Shown: positions 32,595 to 41,767 of the stretch, in pieces
How positions within the stretch are numbered: the stretch's first letter is position 1
Layout: each line of letters begins with the position of its first letter
Source: Kiritimatiellia bacterium
Lineage (GTDB): Bacteria > Verrucomicrobiota > Kiritimatiellia > CAIKKV01 > CAITUY01
Direction of reading: 5' to 3'
Assembly: GCA_044344495.1 (NCBI GenBank)
Contig: JBIJCW010000002.1
Coordinates: forward strand, 1-42,338
DNA length: 42,338 nt
Position numbers and translations under genes: made by a program
Notes under the pieces: model-generated
Told to the model about the DNA's origin: nothing
Databases searched by the model: none
What the model saw: the letters and a program-made list of their open reading frames with translations, nothing else

Positions 32595-33113
32595 TTACTT
32601 CGCCTCGTTCTTCTTGTTTTCGATCGCTTTCAATACATACACGACGCTCGACACCTTCTGTTGCAACACACCCACCAGGCGCGACAGCGGTGCCGCCACT
32701 GTGCCCACCACCTGGCCCAACAGCACTTCGCGGGGAGGCAATTCCGCCAGGGCATCAACCTGATCGGCCGACAGGTACACATTCCCCATGTAACCTGCCT
32801 TCACCTGAGGCATCCCGCCAGCACCGTTGAACTCCTTCAACATCTTGGCCGCCTGGACAATATTCTTGCCCGTAACGATGGCCGACTGCCCCTTGAGCGC
32901 GGGTTCAATCTTCTCCCACCCCTTCTCACGGGCAATCAGCCGCACCAGACGATTCTTTACCACCTGCATCCGTGATCCCGCCTTGCGGAGCTGGCGACGC
33001 AGATCGCTAAGCTGATCCACTTTCAACCCTTTGTATTCGGCTACCAACAGGTACTCCGAATCATTCACCCGGGCGTTGATTTCATCATAAATTGATTTCT
33101 TTTCAGGTCTCAT
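32595..33113 (-). CDS. rplJ: 50S ribosomal protein L10
   Basis: 172 aa in the canonical position between rplA and rplL. Contains [17 protein letters not shown]. Confidence 0.92.
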   Translation of the reverse strand: MRPEKKSIYDEINARVNDSEYLLVAEYKGLKVDQLSDLRRQLRKAGSRMQVVKNRLVRLIAREKGWEKIEPALKGQSAIVTGKNIVQAAKMLKEFNGAGGMPQVKAGYMGNVYLSADQVDALAELPPREVLLGQVVGTVAAPLSRLVGVLQQKVSSVVYVLKAIENKKNEAK

Positions 33114-33127
33114 GGCCCCGTCCTGTC

Positions 33128-33811
33128 CTAGTCACGCACATCCACGCGAAGGCCGACGCCCATCGTGGAACTCAACGTGCACCGCTTGATAAACACACCC
33201 TTGGTTGCCGCCGGCCGAGCCGCCGCAACCGCACTGATGACCGATTTCACGTTCTCAAGAAGTTTGCCCTCGTCAAAAGACAACTTCCCGAACGGCACCT
33301 GCACGTTGCCAGCCTTGTCCATGCGGAACTCCACACGACCTGCCTTGCTCTCCCGTACAGCCGCCGCTGTGTCATCCGTCACCGTGCCCGTTTTCGGATT
33401 GGGCATCAGACCGCGCGGCCCAAGCACCTTTCCAAGTTTACGAACTTCCTTCATGGCGTCCGGAGTGGCAATCGCTATGTCAAATTCAGTCCAGCCGCCT
33501 TTGACCTTCTCGATCAGGTCATCGTTGCCGACAACGTCAGCTCCGGCCGCTCGCGCCGCATCCGCCGCCGCTCCGGCCGCAAACACCACTACGCGAATCG
33601 ATTTACCCGTGCCATGTGGCAACCCCACCGTCCCGCGAACCGTCTGGTCGCTCTTCTTCGTATCCACGCCAAGCCGGATAGCCAGCTCCGCCGTTTCATC
33701 GAATTTGGCACTCGTGTGCGCCTTTAAAAACCGGATCGCCTCGGCCAAGTCATAGACCTTGTCCTCAACGTCCTTTGCAATCTTGCGATATCGTTTGCTT
33801 TGCGTTGCCAT
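33128..33811 (-). CDS. rplA: 50S ribosomal protein L1
   Basis: Contains [25 protein letters not shown] and [16 protein letters not shown]. Confidence 0.96.
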   Translation of the reverse strand: MATQSKRYRKIAKDVEDKVYDLAEAIRFLKAHTSAKFDETAELAIRLGVDTKKSDQTVRGTVGLPHGTGKSIRVVVFAAGAAADAARAAGADVVGNDDLIEKVKGGWTEFDIAIATPDAMKEVRKLGKVLGPRGLMPNPKTGTVTDDTAAAVRESKAGRVEFRMDKAGNVQVPFGKLSFDEGKLLENVKSVISAVAAARPAATKGVFIKRCTLSSTMGVGLRVDVRD

Positions 33812-33813
33812 GG

Positions 33814-34239
33814 CTACCGGATCACCTCGATTCCCATGCTGCGAGCCGTTCCCTCAACCATTCGAACGGCGTGATTTTCATCCGTCGCGTTAAGATCATT
33901 CACTTTGGTCCGCGCGATTTCCAGAACCTGCTGCGTCGTCACCTTGCCCACTTTGTCCCTGTTCGGCTGCGCCGACCCCTTGGCCAAACCAGCCGCACGC
34001 TTCAACAGCGACGAGGCCGGCGGACTCTTGGTGATGAACGTGAATGAACGATCCTGGTACACGGTGATAACCACCGGGATCACCAGACCTGACATCTTCT
34101 GCGTTGCCGCATTGAACTGCTTGCAGAATTCCATGATGTTGACACCGTGCTGACCTAGCGCGGGCCCCACCGGCGGCGCCGGATTGGCCGCACCTGCCGG
34201 AATCTGAAGCTTGATTTTTCCTGTTACTTTCTTTGCCAT
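33814..34239 (-). CDS. rplK: 50S ribosomal protein L11
   Basis: Contains [34 protein letters not shown]. Confidence 0.96.
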   Translation of the reverse strand: MAKKVTGKIKLQIPAGAANPAPPVGPALGQHGVNIMEFCKQFNAATQKMSGLVIPVVITVYQDRSFTFITKSPPASSLLKRAAGLAKGSAQPNRDKVGKVTTQQVLEIARTKVNDLNATDENHAVRMVEGTARSMGIEVIR

Positions 34240-34308
34240 ATCACTCCCCTACCTGCTACTCCACGATTTCACCGCGGAGCGAAGACCGCTTTCCGGTCTA
34301 TCCAAGGC

Positions 34309-34860
34309 CTATTGCCGCTCCACCTGCCAGTACTCGAGTTCCACCGGCGCCGAGCGACCAAAAATAGCCACCGACACCTTCAGCTTGCCGCGCTCTGCAT
34401 CCACTTCCTCGACAAGCCCCGTAAAGTTCATGAAGGGCCCATCCGTGATCTTCACCGTCTCCCCGGTGTCATAGATCACCTTGGGCTTAACCTTCTCTTT
34501 CTTCTCTTCCACCTGGAACAGAAGCACTTCCACCTCATCAGGCCGGAGAGGCGCCGGCCGCTCACCACCAACAAATCCAATCACCCCGGGCGTTTCCCGG
34601 ATGAAATACCATACCTTTTCAAACACCTGCCGGTTTTCATCGTACAACCCAAGATTCACCAGCACGTATCCCGGAAAAAACTTCCGCGTAATGACACTCT
34701 TGACACCCTTCTTCGTCTCCGAAACCTTCTCTGTCGGGATCAACACCTGATCCAGGTATTCCCGCATCTCTTCCTTGTCAAGCCGCCGCTCAATACTCTC
34801 CTTGACCTTGCCCTCCTGGCCGGTCAACGTATGTAGCACGAACCATTGCTTCGTAATCAT
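34309..34860 (-). CDS. nusG: transcription termination/antitermination factor NusG
   Basis: The NGN domain starts WFVLHTLTGQEGKV. The KOW motif reads GETVKITDGPFMNFTGLVEEVD. Confidence 0.95.
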   Translation of the reverse strand: MITKQWFVLHTLTGQEGKVKESIERRLDKEEMREYLDQVLIPTEKVSETKKGVKSVITRKFFPGYVLVNLGLYDENRQVFEKVWYFIRETPGVIGFVGGERPAPLRPDEVEVLLFQVEEKKEKVKPKVIYDTGETVKITDGPFMNFTGLVEEVDAERGKLKVSVAIFGRSAPVELEYWQVERQ

Positions 34861-34882
34861 GAAAACCCCGGTCTTGTGTTGA

Positions 34883-35089
34883 CTACCGATGAGCGAGTAC
34901 GCTGATCACCACCCTCAGTACCTGATCGCAAACCGCAACAAAAACGGCGAACAGGATCACCGACAAAATCACCACCACCGTGGACTCCACTAACTCATTC
35001 CGAGTCGGCCACGTGGATTTCCGCAACTCGTTACGGACTTCCCCAACAAACAACTTCGCGCTCTGCAGGCTATCCATTACTTTCTTCAC
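34883..35089 (-). CDS. secE: preprotein translocase subunit SecE (single-TM form)
   Basis: GTG start preceded by GGGGAG. Contains EVRNELRKSTWPTRNEL followed by one TM helix. It sits in the canonical position before nusG. Confidence 0.88.
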   Translation of the reverse strand: MKKVMDSLQSAKLFVGEVRNELRKSTWPTRNELVESTVVVILSVILFAVFVAVCDQVLRVVISVLAHR

Positions 35090-35112
35090 TCGCGCTCCCC
35101 AAAATACTCATT

Positions 35113-35188
35113 TGGCAGGCCAGGAGGGACTTGAACCCCCAACACCCGGTTTTGGAGACCGGTACTCTGCCAATTGAGCTACTGGCCT
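35113..35188 (-). tRNA. trnW: tRNA-Trp (anticodon CCA), 76 nt, CCA encoded
   Basis: The minus strand reads AGGCCAGTAGCTCAATTGGCAGAGTACCGGTCTCCAAAACCGGGTGTTGGGGGTTCAAGTCCCTCCTGGCCTGCCA. It has a 7-bp acceptor stem, the anticodon loop CTCCAAA and a T-loop TTCAAGT. Confidence 0.92.
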
Positions 35189-35223
35189 GTACTCAGGCTA
35201 ACCCCCGCTTCCCGATCCCGGGA

Positions 35224-35376
35224 CTAGCGGGTCTCCTTATGCATCGTATGCTTCTTCTCCGCCCGGCAGAACTTCTTGATCTCCATCCGATCAGGCGTCA
35301 GACGCTTATTCTTCGTCGTCGTATAGTTACGCCGCTTGCACTCCGTGCACGCCAGAATGACCTGTTCCCTCGGCAT
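35224..35376 (-). CDS. rpmG: 50S ribosomal protein L33, 50 aa
   Basis: Not in the ORF track. Hand translation from ATG 35376 to TAG 35224 gives [50 protein letters not shown]. Confidence 0.9.
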   Translation of the reverse strand: MPREQVILACTECKRRNYTTTKNKRLTPDRMEIKKFCRAEKKHTMHKETR

Positions 35377-35462
35377 GACAATCCATCCTCCAGTGCATAA
35401 GGCGACATCCTTGCGGACGCCGCCCGCGCACGCTTAAAACGGCCTCACGACCGTATCTTTAG

Positions 35463-36671
35463 TTACTCGATGATTTCCACAACCGTACCGGCACCCACCG
35501 TGCGACCGCCTTCGCGAATGGCAAAGCGCATCGACTTCTCCATCGCGATCGGCGCAATCAGCGTCACCGTCATGCTGATATTGTCGCCAGGCATCACCAT
35601 TTCCACCCCATCCGGCAACGTCACATCACCGGTGACATCCGTCGTCCGGAAGTAGAACTGCGGTCGATACCCCTTGAAGAACGGAGTATGGCGGCCACCT
35701 TCCTCCTTGCTCAACACGTACACCTCGCATTTGAACTTCGTGTGCGGCGTAATCGACCCCGGCTTGGCCAGGACCTGACCGCGCTCAACATCTTCCTTCT
35801 TCGTGCTGCGCAACAACACGCCAATGTTGTCACCGGCGCGCCCCTCATCCAATAGCTTCCGGAACATCTCAACGCCCGTAGCCGTCGTCTTCTGCGTAGG
35901 ACGCAAACCCACGATCTCAACTTCCTCGCCAACCTTGATGATGCCGCGCTCAACACGCCCCGTGACCACCGTGCCGCGACCTTCAATCGAGAACACGTCT
36001 TCCACGGAGAGCAGGAAGGCCTGATCAATCACGCGGACGGGTTCGGGAATATAGTTATCCAGCGCATTCATCAATTCCTTGATGCAATTACAGCCGGGAT
36101 CATCGGGGGACTTTGCCTGAATGGCCGCCAACGCACTGCCTCGAATGATCGGCGTGTCATCGCCCGGGTATTCGTACTTGGACAGCAACTCGCGGATTTC
36201 AAGCTCTACCAGATCCAACAACTCCGGATCATCCACGGTGTCCACCTTGTTCAGGAACACCACAACAGTCGGAACACCTACCTGACGAGCCAACAGAATG
36301 TGCTCGCGCGTCTGAGGCATCGGACCGTCCGAGGCACTCACCACAAGAATGGCGCCATCCATCTGCGCCGCCCCGGTGATCATGTTCTTGACGTAGTCGG
36401 CATGCCCAGGGCAATCCACGTGCGCATAGTGCCGCTTCTCGGAACTGTATTCGACGTGCGACGTCGCGATGGTCAAAATCTTGGTCGGATCACGACGCCC
36501 CTGCGATTCGGACGCCTTCGCCACTTCATCATACTTCACATAGGTGCTCATCCCGCGCAGCGACTGCACATAGGTGATGGCCGCCGTCAATGTGGTCTTA
36601 CCATGGTCCACGTGCCCGATTGTACCCACGTTCACATGCGGCTTTGTTCGACTAAATTGCTCTTTTGCCAT
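35463..36671 (-). CDS. tuf: elongation factor Tu
   Basis: 402 aa. Contains [18 protein letters not shown] and NKVD. The effector-loop region is atypical (see findings). Confidence 0.97.
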   Translation of the reverse strand: MAKEQFSRTKPHVNVGTIGHVDHGKTTLTAAITYVQSLRGMSTYVKYDEVAKASESQGRRDPTKILTIATSHVEYSSEKRHYAHVDCPGHADYVKNMITGAAQMDGAILVVSASDGPMPQTREHILLARQVGVPTVVVFLNKVDTVDDPELLDLVELEIRELLSKYEYPGDDTPIIRGSALAAIQAKSPDDPGCNCIKELMNALDNYIPEPVRVIDQAFLLSVEDVFSIEGRGTVVTGRVERGIIKVGEEVEIVGLRPTQKTTATGVEMFRKLLDEGRAGDNIGVLLRSTKKEDVERGQVLAKPGSITPHTKFKCEVYVLSKEEGGRHTPFFKGYRPQFYFRTTDVTGDVTLPDGVEMVMPGDNISMTVTLIAPIAMEKSMRFAIREGGRTVGAGTVVEIIE

Positions 36672-36732
36672 GTTCGTATACTCCTTTGCTGCTTTCTCTC
36701 TTGTATCTGCTGAACCTGACTACACTATATTT

Positions 36733-36808
36733 TGGAGCCCATGAGCGGGATTGAACCGCTGACCTCGTCCTTACCAAGGACGTGCTCTACCAACTGAGCT
36801 ACGTGGGC
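36733..36808 (-). tRNA. trnT: tRNA-Thr (anticodon GGT), 76 nt, CCA encoded
   Basis: The minus strand reads GCCCACGTAGCTCAGTTGGTAGAGCACGTCCTTGGTAAGGACGAGGTCAGCGGTTCAATCCCGCTCATGGGCTCCA. It forms a cloverleaf with one C-A mismatch in the acceptor stem. The anticodon loop is TTGGTAA. Confidence 0.9.
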
Positions 36809-36950
36809 TTCGATTCATTCCCCTCGAAAACAAACAACAAAAAGCTTCCCGTCTGCCTTTGCCTTTCGAAGGAAAAACAGACAGAACAGCCTTTCGTCTA
36901 AACTATTAACACCAACCTGATGGACTCAATCGCCAATAAACAGACTGCGG

Positions 36951-36978
36951 AAAATACCAGAAGCCCAATGAGTGTCAA
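36951..36978 (-). promoter_or_regulatory. candidate sigma70-type promoter for tRNA-Thr-tuf...
   Basis: The minus strand has TTGACA (plus 36973-36978), a 16-nt spacer, then TATTTT (plus 36951-36956). An A/T-rich UP-like tract lies upstream (plus 36985-37020). Sequence-only prediction. Confidence 0.35.
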
Positions 36979-37312
36979 CACCTTTGTACATTATTTTTTC
37001 AAATTATTTTTCCAAAAAACTCATATCCATAAACCAAACAGACAACTTCGAGGCACCCACCACCCAACTCCTTGAGGATAACGATGACCACCTCGTCGAT
37101 TCAGCAGGCAACCTTCGTCACGCAGGACTCATCAGCGCACGCTACGTGGCGCGTCCCAAAAACCAGCACCCCATTCCCGCAGCACCACAGCAGGCATCAG
37201 GTCGCTGGGATCGACGCGACAATGGCGGCATACTTGTAGTTCGACCCCTCCCGATGCTTCTCCAACCGCTTCTCAATACAACACGCAAAACCGCGGTTCG
37301 ATGACAGGAGAC

Positions 37313-38326
37313 TCAATCCTCGTGTCGGATCATCTGCAGCAGGCGCTTCTTGAGCAACTCCACACCCTCGCCGGTTACCATGGAAAAACGCAAGGCTTTA
37401 ACACGCGCCTTTTTCTCAAAAACCTTGAGATACTCCGCCGCTTCGGGAAGATCCATCTTGTTGGCCACCACGATGAACGGGCGGGTCAGCAAATCGGCCC
37501 GGTAGAATTTCAATTCGCGGCGGATCACCTCGTAATCGTCCACCGGATCACGCCCTTCGCTACCGGCCATATCGATTACAAACGCCAGGCACGCCGCCCG
37601 CTCGACGTGCTTCAGGAAATAATCCCCAAGCCCCACCCCTTTGTGCGCATCCTTGACCAAACCCGGGATATCCGCCACCGTATAACTGCGTTCTTCAAAA
37701 TCCTGCCCGACCTTGACCGTCCCGATAATGGGATTAATCGTTGTGAACGCATAGGGCGCGATCTTGGGATGGGCATTGCTGATCGAACTCAACAGTGAGG
37801 ATTTTCCGGCATTCGGAAACCCGACCAACCCGACATCCGCCAGCAACTTGAGTTCAAGCCGCACACTGAATTGCTCGCCTTCCTCGCCATCCGTATGCTC
37901 AAACGGCGTCTGATGGGTCGCCGTCTGCCAATGGGGATTGCCCAGTCCGCCCTTGCCGCCCTTGGCGACCATGACCTCCTGGCCCGGATCCGTCAAATCG
38001 GCCAGCACACGCCCGGAGTCTACATCCAGAATCTCCGTGCCGCATGGCACGGGAACCACCAGGTCCGCGCCGTTGCGACCGTGCATCTGCGACCCTTTGC
38101 CATGCCCGCCATTCGGGGCATGCTGCTGCGGATTGAAAAAAAGCGAAATCAAACTGTCCGTGTTCCGGTCCGCCTGGAAAACCACATGCCCGCCACGGCC
38201 CCCATCCCCGCCGTTCGGCCCCCCCTTGGGAACATACTTTTCACGCCGGAAACTGACACACCCGTTGCCGCCATTACCGCCAGCAACGTGAATTAAGACG
38301 GAATCAACGAATTTCCTGACTTTCAT
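37313..38326 (-). CDS. obg: GTPase Obg/CgtA
   Basis: MKVRKFVDSVLIHVAGGNGGNGCVSFRREKYVPKGGPNGGDGGRGG starts at ATG 38324-38326. The G domain carries GFPNAGKSSLL, DIPGL and NKMD. The track's 25-aa N-terminal extension is rejected. Confidence 0.95.
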   Translation of the reverse strand: MKVRKFVDSVLIHVAGGNGGNGCVSFRREKYVPKGGPNGGDGGRGGHVVFQADRNTDSLISLFFNPQQHAPNGGHGKGSQMHGRNGADLVVPVPCGTEILDVDSGRVLADLTDPGQEVMVAKGGKGGLGNPHWQTATHQTPFEHTDGEEGEQFSVRLELKLLADVGLVGFPNAGKSSLLSSISNAHPKIAPYAFTTINPIIGTVKVGQDFEERSYTVADIPGLVKDAHKGVGLGDYFLKHVERAACLAFVIDMAGSEGRDPVDDYEVIRRELKFYRADLLTRPFIVVANKMDLPEAAEYLKVFEKKARVKALRFSMVTGEGVELLKKRLLQMIRHED

Positions 38327-38342
38327 GGCAATGTTAACCCAC

Positions 38343-38408
38343 AAAAAAAGAGTGGTTGCGAACACCCCCCGACCACTTCCAGCGCCAGGGAACACCCGCA
38401 ACCACTCT
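38343..38408 (-). terminator. intrinsic-terminator-like hairpin between rpmA and obg (probable attenuator)
   Basis: On the minus strand, AGAGTGGTTGCG (38408-38397) pairs perfectly with CGCAACCACTCT (38360-38349). The 36-nt interior can pair further (CCCTGG with TCGGGG). A run of 6 further T (7 counting the stem's terminal T) follows, ending 16 nt before the obg ATG. Confidence 0.5.
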
Positions 38409-38431
38409 CAAACCTTCCAGCATCCGGCAAA

Positions 38432-38686
38432 TCAAGCCGTGGCTTCTTGCGCCACAATTGTAACGCGACGGCCTTCCTTCTCGAACTTCACCTTGCCGGC
38501 AACCAACGCAAACAGACTGTCATCGCGACCCCGCTTTACATTCCGGCCCGCATGGACCTTGGTGCCGCGCTGACGAACAATGATGCTGCCACTGGTAACC
38601 GCTTCGCCGTCATACACCTTCACACCCAGCCGCTGTCCGGGACTGTTGCGACCATTGACTCCGCTGCCTGTCTTCCTGTGCGCCAT
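38432..38686 (-). CDS. rpmA: 50S ribosomal protein L27
   Basis: Starts [28 protein letters not shown] and contains [13 protein letters not shown]. Confidence 0.96.
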   Translation of the reverse strand: MAHRKTGSGVNGRNSPGQRLGVKVYDGEAVTSGSIIVRQRGTKVHAGRNVKRGRDDSLFALVAGKVKFEKEGRRVTIVAQEATA

Positions 38687-38701
38687 AACTCCTAACTCCT
38701 C

Positions 38702-39013
38702 TTAAGCAATCTTTTCCACGCGCAACACGGTCAACGGCTGACGATGCCCGACTTTCCGCTTGTATCCCTTGCGCCGTTTCTTCTTGAACGCCACGACTTT
38801 CGGGGCCTTCACGTGCTCCACGATGCTCGCACTGACTTTGGCACCCTTGACAACCGGCTTGCCAACCGTCAACGTCGTTCCATCGGAGACCGCCAACACG
38901 GCAAGTTCCACCGTGCCGCCTGCTTCGCCCTCGAGAAGTTCAACTTTGAGGGTGTCACCAGCTTTGACGCGGTACTGTTTGCCCCCGGTTTCAACAACTG
39001 CATACGCTTCCAT
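38702..39013 (-). CDS. rplU: 50S ribosomal protein L21
   Basis: Starts MEAYAVVETGGKQYRVKAGDTL and contains KKRRKGYKRKVGHRQ. Confidence 0.95.
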   Translation of the reverse strand: MEAYAVVETGGKQYRVKAGDTLKVELLEGEAGGTVELAVLAVSDGTTLTVGKPVVKGAKVSASIVEHVKAPKVVAFKKKRRKGYKRKVGHRQPLTVLRVEKIA

Positions 39014-39074
39014 AGTTATTCATCCTCGCCATCGCCCGGCCTATTGCTCCGGACAGGGTCTCAAAAGGGGGGTA

Positions 39075-39103
39075 ATGCTAGGGATCAACCCCGTAAAAGT
39101 CAA
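39075..39103 (-). promoter_or_regulatory. candidate sigma70-type promoter for rplU-rpmA-obg
   Basis: The minus strand has TTGACT (plus 39098-39103), a 17-nt spacer, then TAGCAT (plus 39075-39080). It is preceded by the A-rich tract AAATAAAAAAG. Sequence-only prediction. Confidence 0.35.
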
Positions 39104-39219
39104 TACCCTCTTTTTTATTTCCAACACCGCTCCCTTTCCTGTCCGCAGCGAGGGGTGGATTTAGGGTGTTCAATCCCTTCTCCCACCGTCTGAATTCTGA
39201 CTCCTGGGATTTCCCTCTT

Positions 39220-41457
39220 TTACAATATCCCCTTCAGCCGATCCTTGAGCGCCGTCCGCCGCCCCGCCACATGATCGTTGCGCGTCGCAATCCCCACCGC
39301 CTTATGCGACCCCACCAGACACACCAGTTTGCGCCCGCGGGTCATGGCTGTGTACAAGAGGTTTCTCTGCAACAACTTGTAATGCTGGGTAGTCATCAGC
39401 AGCACCACAGCGGGATACTCACTCCCCTGCGATTTATGAACCGAACAGGCATAAGCCAAATCCAACTCGTCCAACTCGTCCAATTCGTACTCCACCAACC
39501 GCCCTTCATAATTGACTGTCACCCGCTGGTCTTCCATCTCAATGCGCTCCACAATGCCAATATCGCCGTTGAACACTTCCTTGTCATAATTGTTCCGGAT
39601 CTGCAGCACGCGGTCTCCCTCCCGGTATTGCCGCCCGAATCGCTTGACCGACTGCCCTCCAGGATTGAGCGCCTCCTGCAAAATCCCATTGAGGTTTTCA
39701 CAGCCCAGTTGATTCCGGCGCATGGGCGTCAGCACCTGGATTTCCCGCATCGGATCAAAATGAAACTTTTTCGGAATCCGGCGTGTCACCAGATCCACCA
39801 TCTTCGAGATGACCTCCTCCGGCGTCGCCGCTTCGATAAAAAAGAAATCGCAGTCCTGCCGGCCATCCTCCGGCAACTCGAAGGGCATGCCCTGGTTGAC
39901 CAGATGTGCATTACGCACAATCCAACTTTGCGCCTCCTGGCGGAAAATCGTATCCAAATGCGTCACCGGCATCGCATGGCTTTCAATCATGTCCCGGAGC
40001 ACATTGCCCGGCCCCACACTGGGTAACTGATCGGCATCCCCCACCAACACGAGCACCGCCGTTCCAGGCAACGCCCCCAGCAGGGCGTGCATCAACCGGA
40101 TATCCACCATCGAGACTTCATCCAGAATGAAAACATCGCCTTCTATCGTATTCCCTGGCCCATGCTCGAAGTGATGGCTCTGGGGATTGTATTTCAGCAG
40201 CCGGTGAATCGTCTTGCCCGGCAACCGCGTGGCCTCTTCCATCCGCTTGGCGGCCCGCCCCGTCGGAGCCGCCAGACACACCTTCTGCTTCCGGGCCCGG
40301 AAGATATCCACCAGGGCCCTGACAATGGTGGTCTTGCCGACGCCGGGACCGCCAGTGATGATCGACACCTTGCTCTCCAGCGCCATCTCCAGCGCCGCAC
40401 GCTGGGCAGGGGCGAACTGGATCGCCATGCGCCCCTGCGCCCACTCCACCGCCTTGCCCACTTGAATGGACGGCCCGGGCACCGCCCCCTTCAGCAGTCG
40501 TTCCATGGCCGCCGCCACCCCTCGCTCTGCCTCATACAACGGCGTCAGGAACACGTTGCCCCGTTCATCCACCAGGAGTCCCTCCTGCACACCGTGCAGG
40601 ATCGCCTCCTTGAGAACATCGGCGGGAATCTCCAACATCTGTTCGGCCGTAGCCAACAGATCCTCCCGCGGACAGTAGCAGTGCCCCTCCTCCGATAGCG
40701 TCTCCAGCAGATACATCAATCCTGCCCGCGCCCGTAACTCCGACTGGGGCGGGACCCCCAGACTCATCGCAATGCGATCCGCCGTCTTGAATCCAATGCC
40801 CCACACCTCATTGCATAGCCGGTAGGGGTTGTTGCGCACCGCCGAAACCGCCTGATTCCCGTACTGCTTGTAAATCCGCATGGCATGCGCCGTCCCTACA
40901 CCATGGGATTGCAGGAATACCATGATGTCACGGATCGCCTTCCGCTCGATCCACGACTCCTTGATCATTTCGCGCCGCACCGGACCTATCCCGTCCACTT
41001 CCTCCAGCCGGCGCGATTCCCGATCAATAACCTCAAGTGTCTTCTCCCCAAACTTCTCCACCAACCGCTCCGCCATCACCTTGCCGATCCCCCGGATCAT
41101 CCCGCTCCCCAGAAACCGCTGGATACCGGAGAGGCTGGCCGGCGGATGACACTCGATCCGCGCCGCCTGGAACTGCATCCCGTGCTGCTTGTGCCGCACC
41201 CACGTCCCCTCGGCCACCATCAACTCCCCCTCACTCACGGAAGGACAAACCCCCACCACCACCAGTTCATCCCCGCCTTTTCCCTTGGACAGTATGCCGC
41301 AAACCGTATACCCGCTGTCTTCAGAGTGGTAGACCACGCGGTTTACCACCCCTTCAATGCGCTCCAGCGGCTCCGCCACACCCTCCCGTGGAGGCGCGGC
41401 GGGCTGGGGTTGTGTAAAATCAATCTGCTGCTGCATGACGTTGCTTCCGGCTTCCAT
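39220..41457 (-). CDS. recD2: RecD2-like SF1 ATP-dependent DNA helicase (RecD/TraA family)
   Basis: An HhH region (GIGKVMAERLVEKFG) is present. Helicase motifs are ITGGPGVGKTT, FILDEVSMVD, VLVGDADQLPSVGPGNV and SVHKSQGSEYPAVVL. The start is uncertain: track TTG 41499, ATG 41457 or ATG 41436. Confidence 0.88.
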   Translation of the reverse strand: MEAGSNVMQQQIDFTQPQPAAPPREGVAEPLERIEGVVNRVVYHSEDSGYTVCGILSKGKGGDELVVVGVCPSVSEGELMVAEGTWVRHKQHGMQFQAARIECHPPASLSGIQRFLGSGMIRGIGKVMAERLVEKFGEKTLEVIDRESRRLEEVDGIGPVRREMIKESWIERKAIRDIMVFLQSHGVGTAHAMRIYKQYGNQAVSAVRNNPYRLCNEVWGIGFKTADRIAMSLGVPPQSELRARAGLMYLLETLSEEGHCYCPREDLLATAEQMLEIPADVLKEAILHGVQEGLLVDERGNVFLTPLYEAERGVAAAMERLLKGAVPGPSIQVGKAVEWAQGRMAIQFAPAQRAALEMALESKVSIITGGPGVGKTTIVRALVDIFRARKQKVCLAAPTGRAAKRMEEATRLPGKTIHRLLKYNPQSHHFEHGPGNTIEGDVFILDEVSMVDIRLMHALLGALPGTAVLVLVGDADQLPSVGPGNVLRDMIESHAMPVTHLDTIFRQEAQSWIVRNAHLVNQGMPFELPEDGRQDCDFFFIEAATPEEVISKMVDLVTRRIPKKFHFDPMREIQVLTPMRRNQLGCENLNGILQEALNPGGQSVKRFGRQYREGDRVLQIRNNYDKEVFNGDIGIVERIEMEDQRVTVNYEGRLVEYELDELDELDLAYACSVHKSQGSEYPAVVLLMTTQHYKLLQRNLLYTAMTRGRKLVCLVGSHKAVGIATRNDHVAGRRTALKDRLKGIL

Positions 41458-41767
41458 CTGTTTGCGAGCGATGCTAACGGTTTGCACCAATACCGTCAAA
41501 ACCCAATCCTCACCGCAAATCCGCGCCCGAGGCGTCGCAGGCAGCGCCTAGACCCGCCCCCTTGATTACTGAAGCCATGATCCAGTTGCCCTGTCGCCAC
41601 TTGACGACACGGCGGAGATTGCATACGGTGGGGTTCTAAGTGATGGTCTTATAGTGAACATACATCGGCACCCGTCATGAAGACCCCAGTCAACGGATGC
41701 CGCTGCAAACCCTATCCTCTTTCCGATCTGCCGAGGGACAACACCCCATGATCAACAGGAGACCCTA

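Noticed and set aside
37114-37135. Hammerhead-ribozyme-like string on the minus strand (CTGATGAG-TCCTGCGTGA-CGAAG).
   Set aside because: Helix II would be only 3 bp. The position after GAA is G rather than the conserved A. No flanking helices I/III or cleavage-site context could be drawn. A CUGAUGA heptamer is expected several times by chance in about 85 kb of two-strand sequence.
36972-37304. 110-aa plus-strand ORF in the obg/tRNA-Thr spacer.
   Set aside because: It has a GTG start inside the AT-rich promoter-like tract and no Shine-Dalgarno. Its sequence is low-complexity with no recognisable family. It is more likely a chance open frame.
39451-39477. Three tandem 9-mers (TCCAACTCG, TCCAACTCG, TCCAATTCG) inside recD2.
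   Set aside because: The repeat is in frame and encodes ELDELDELD within the helicase. It is too short and too few in copy number to be a CRISPR array, VNTR or regulatory array. It is probably a trivial slippage duplication.
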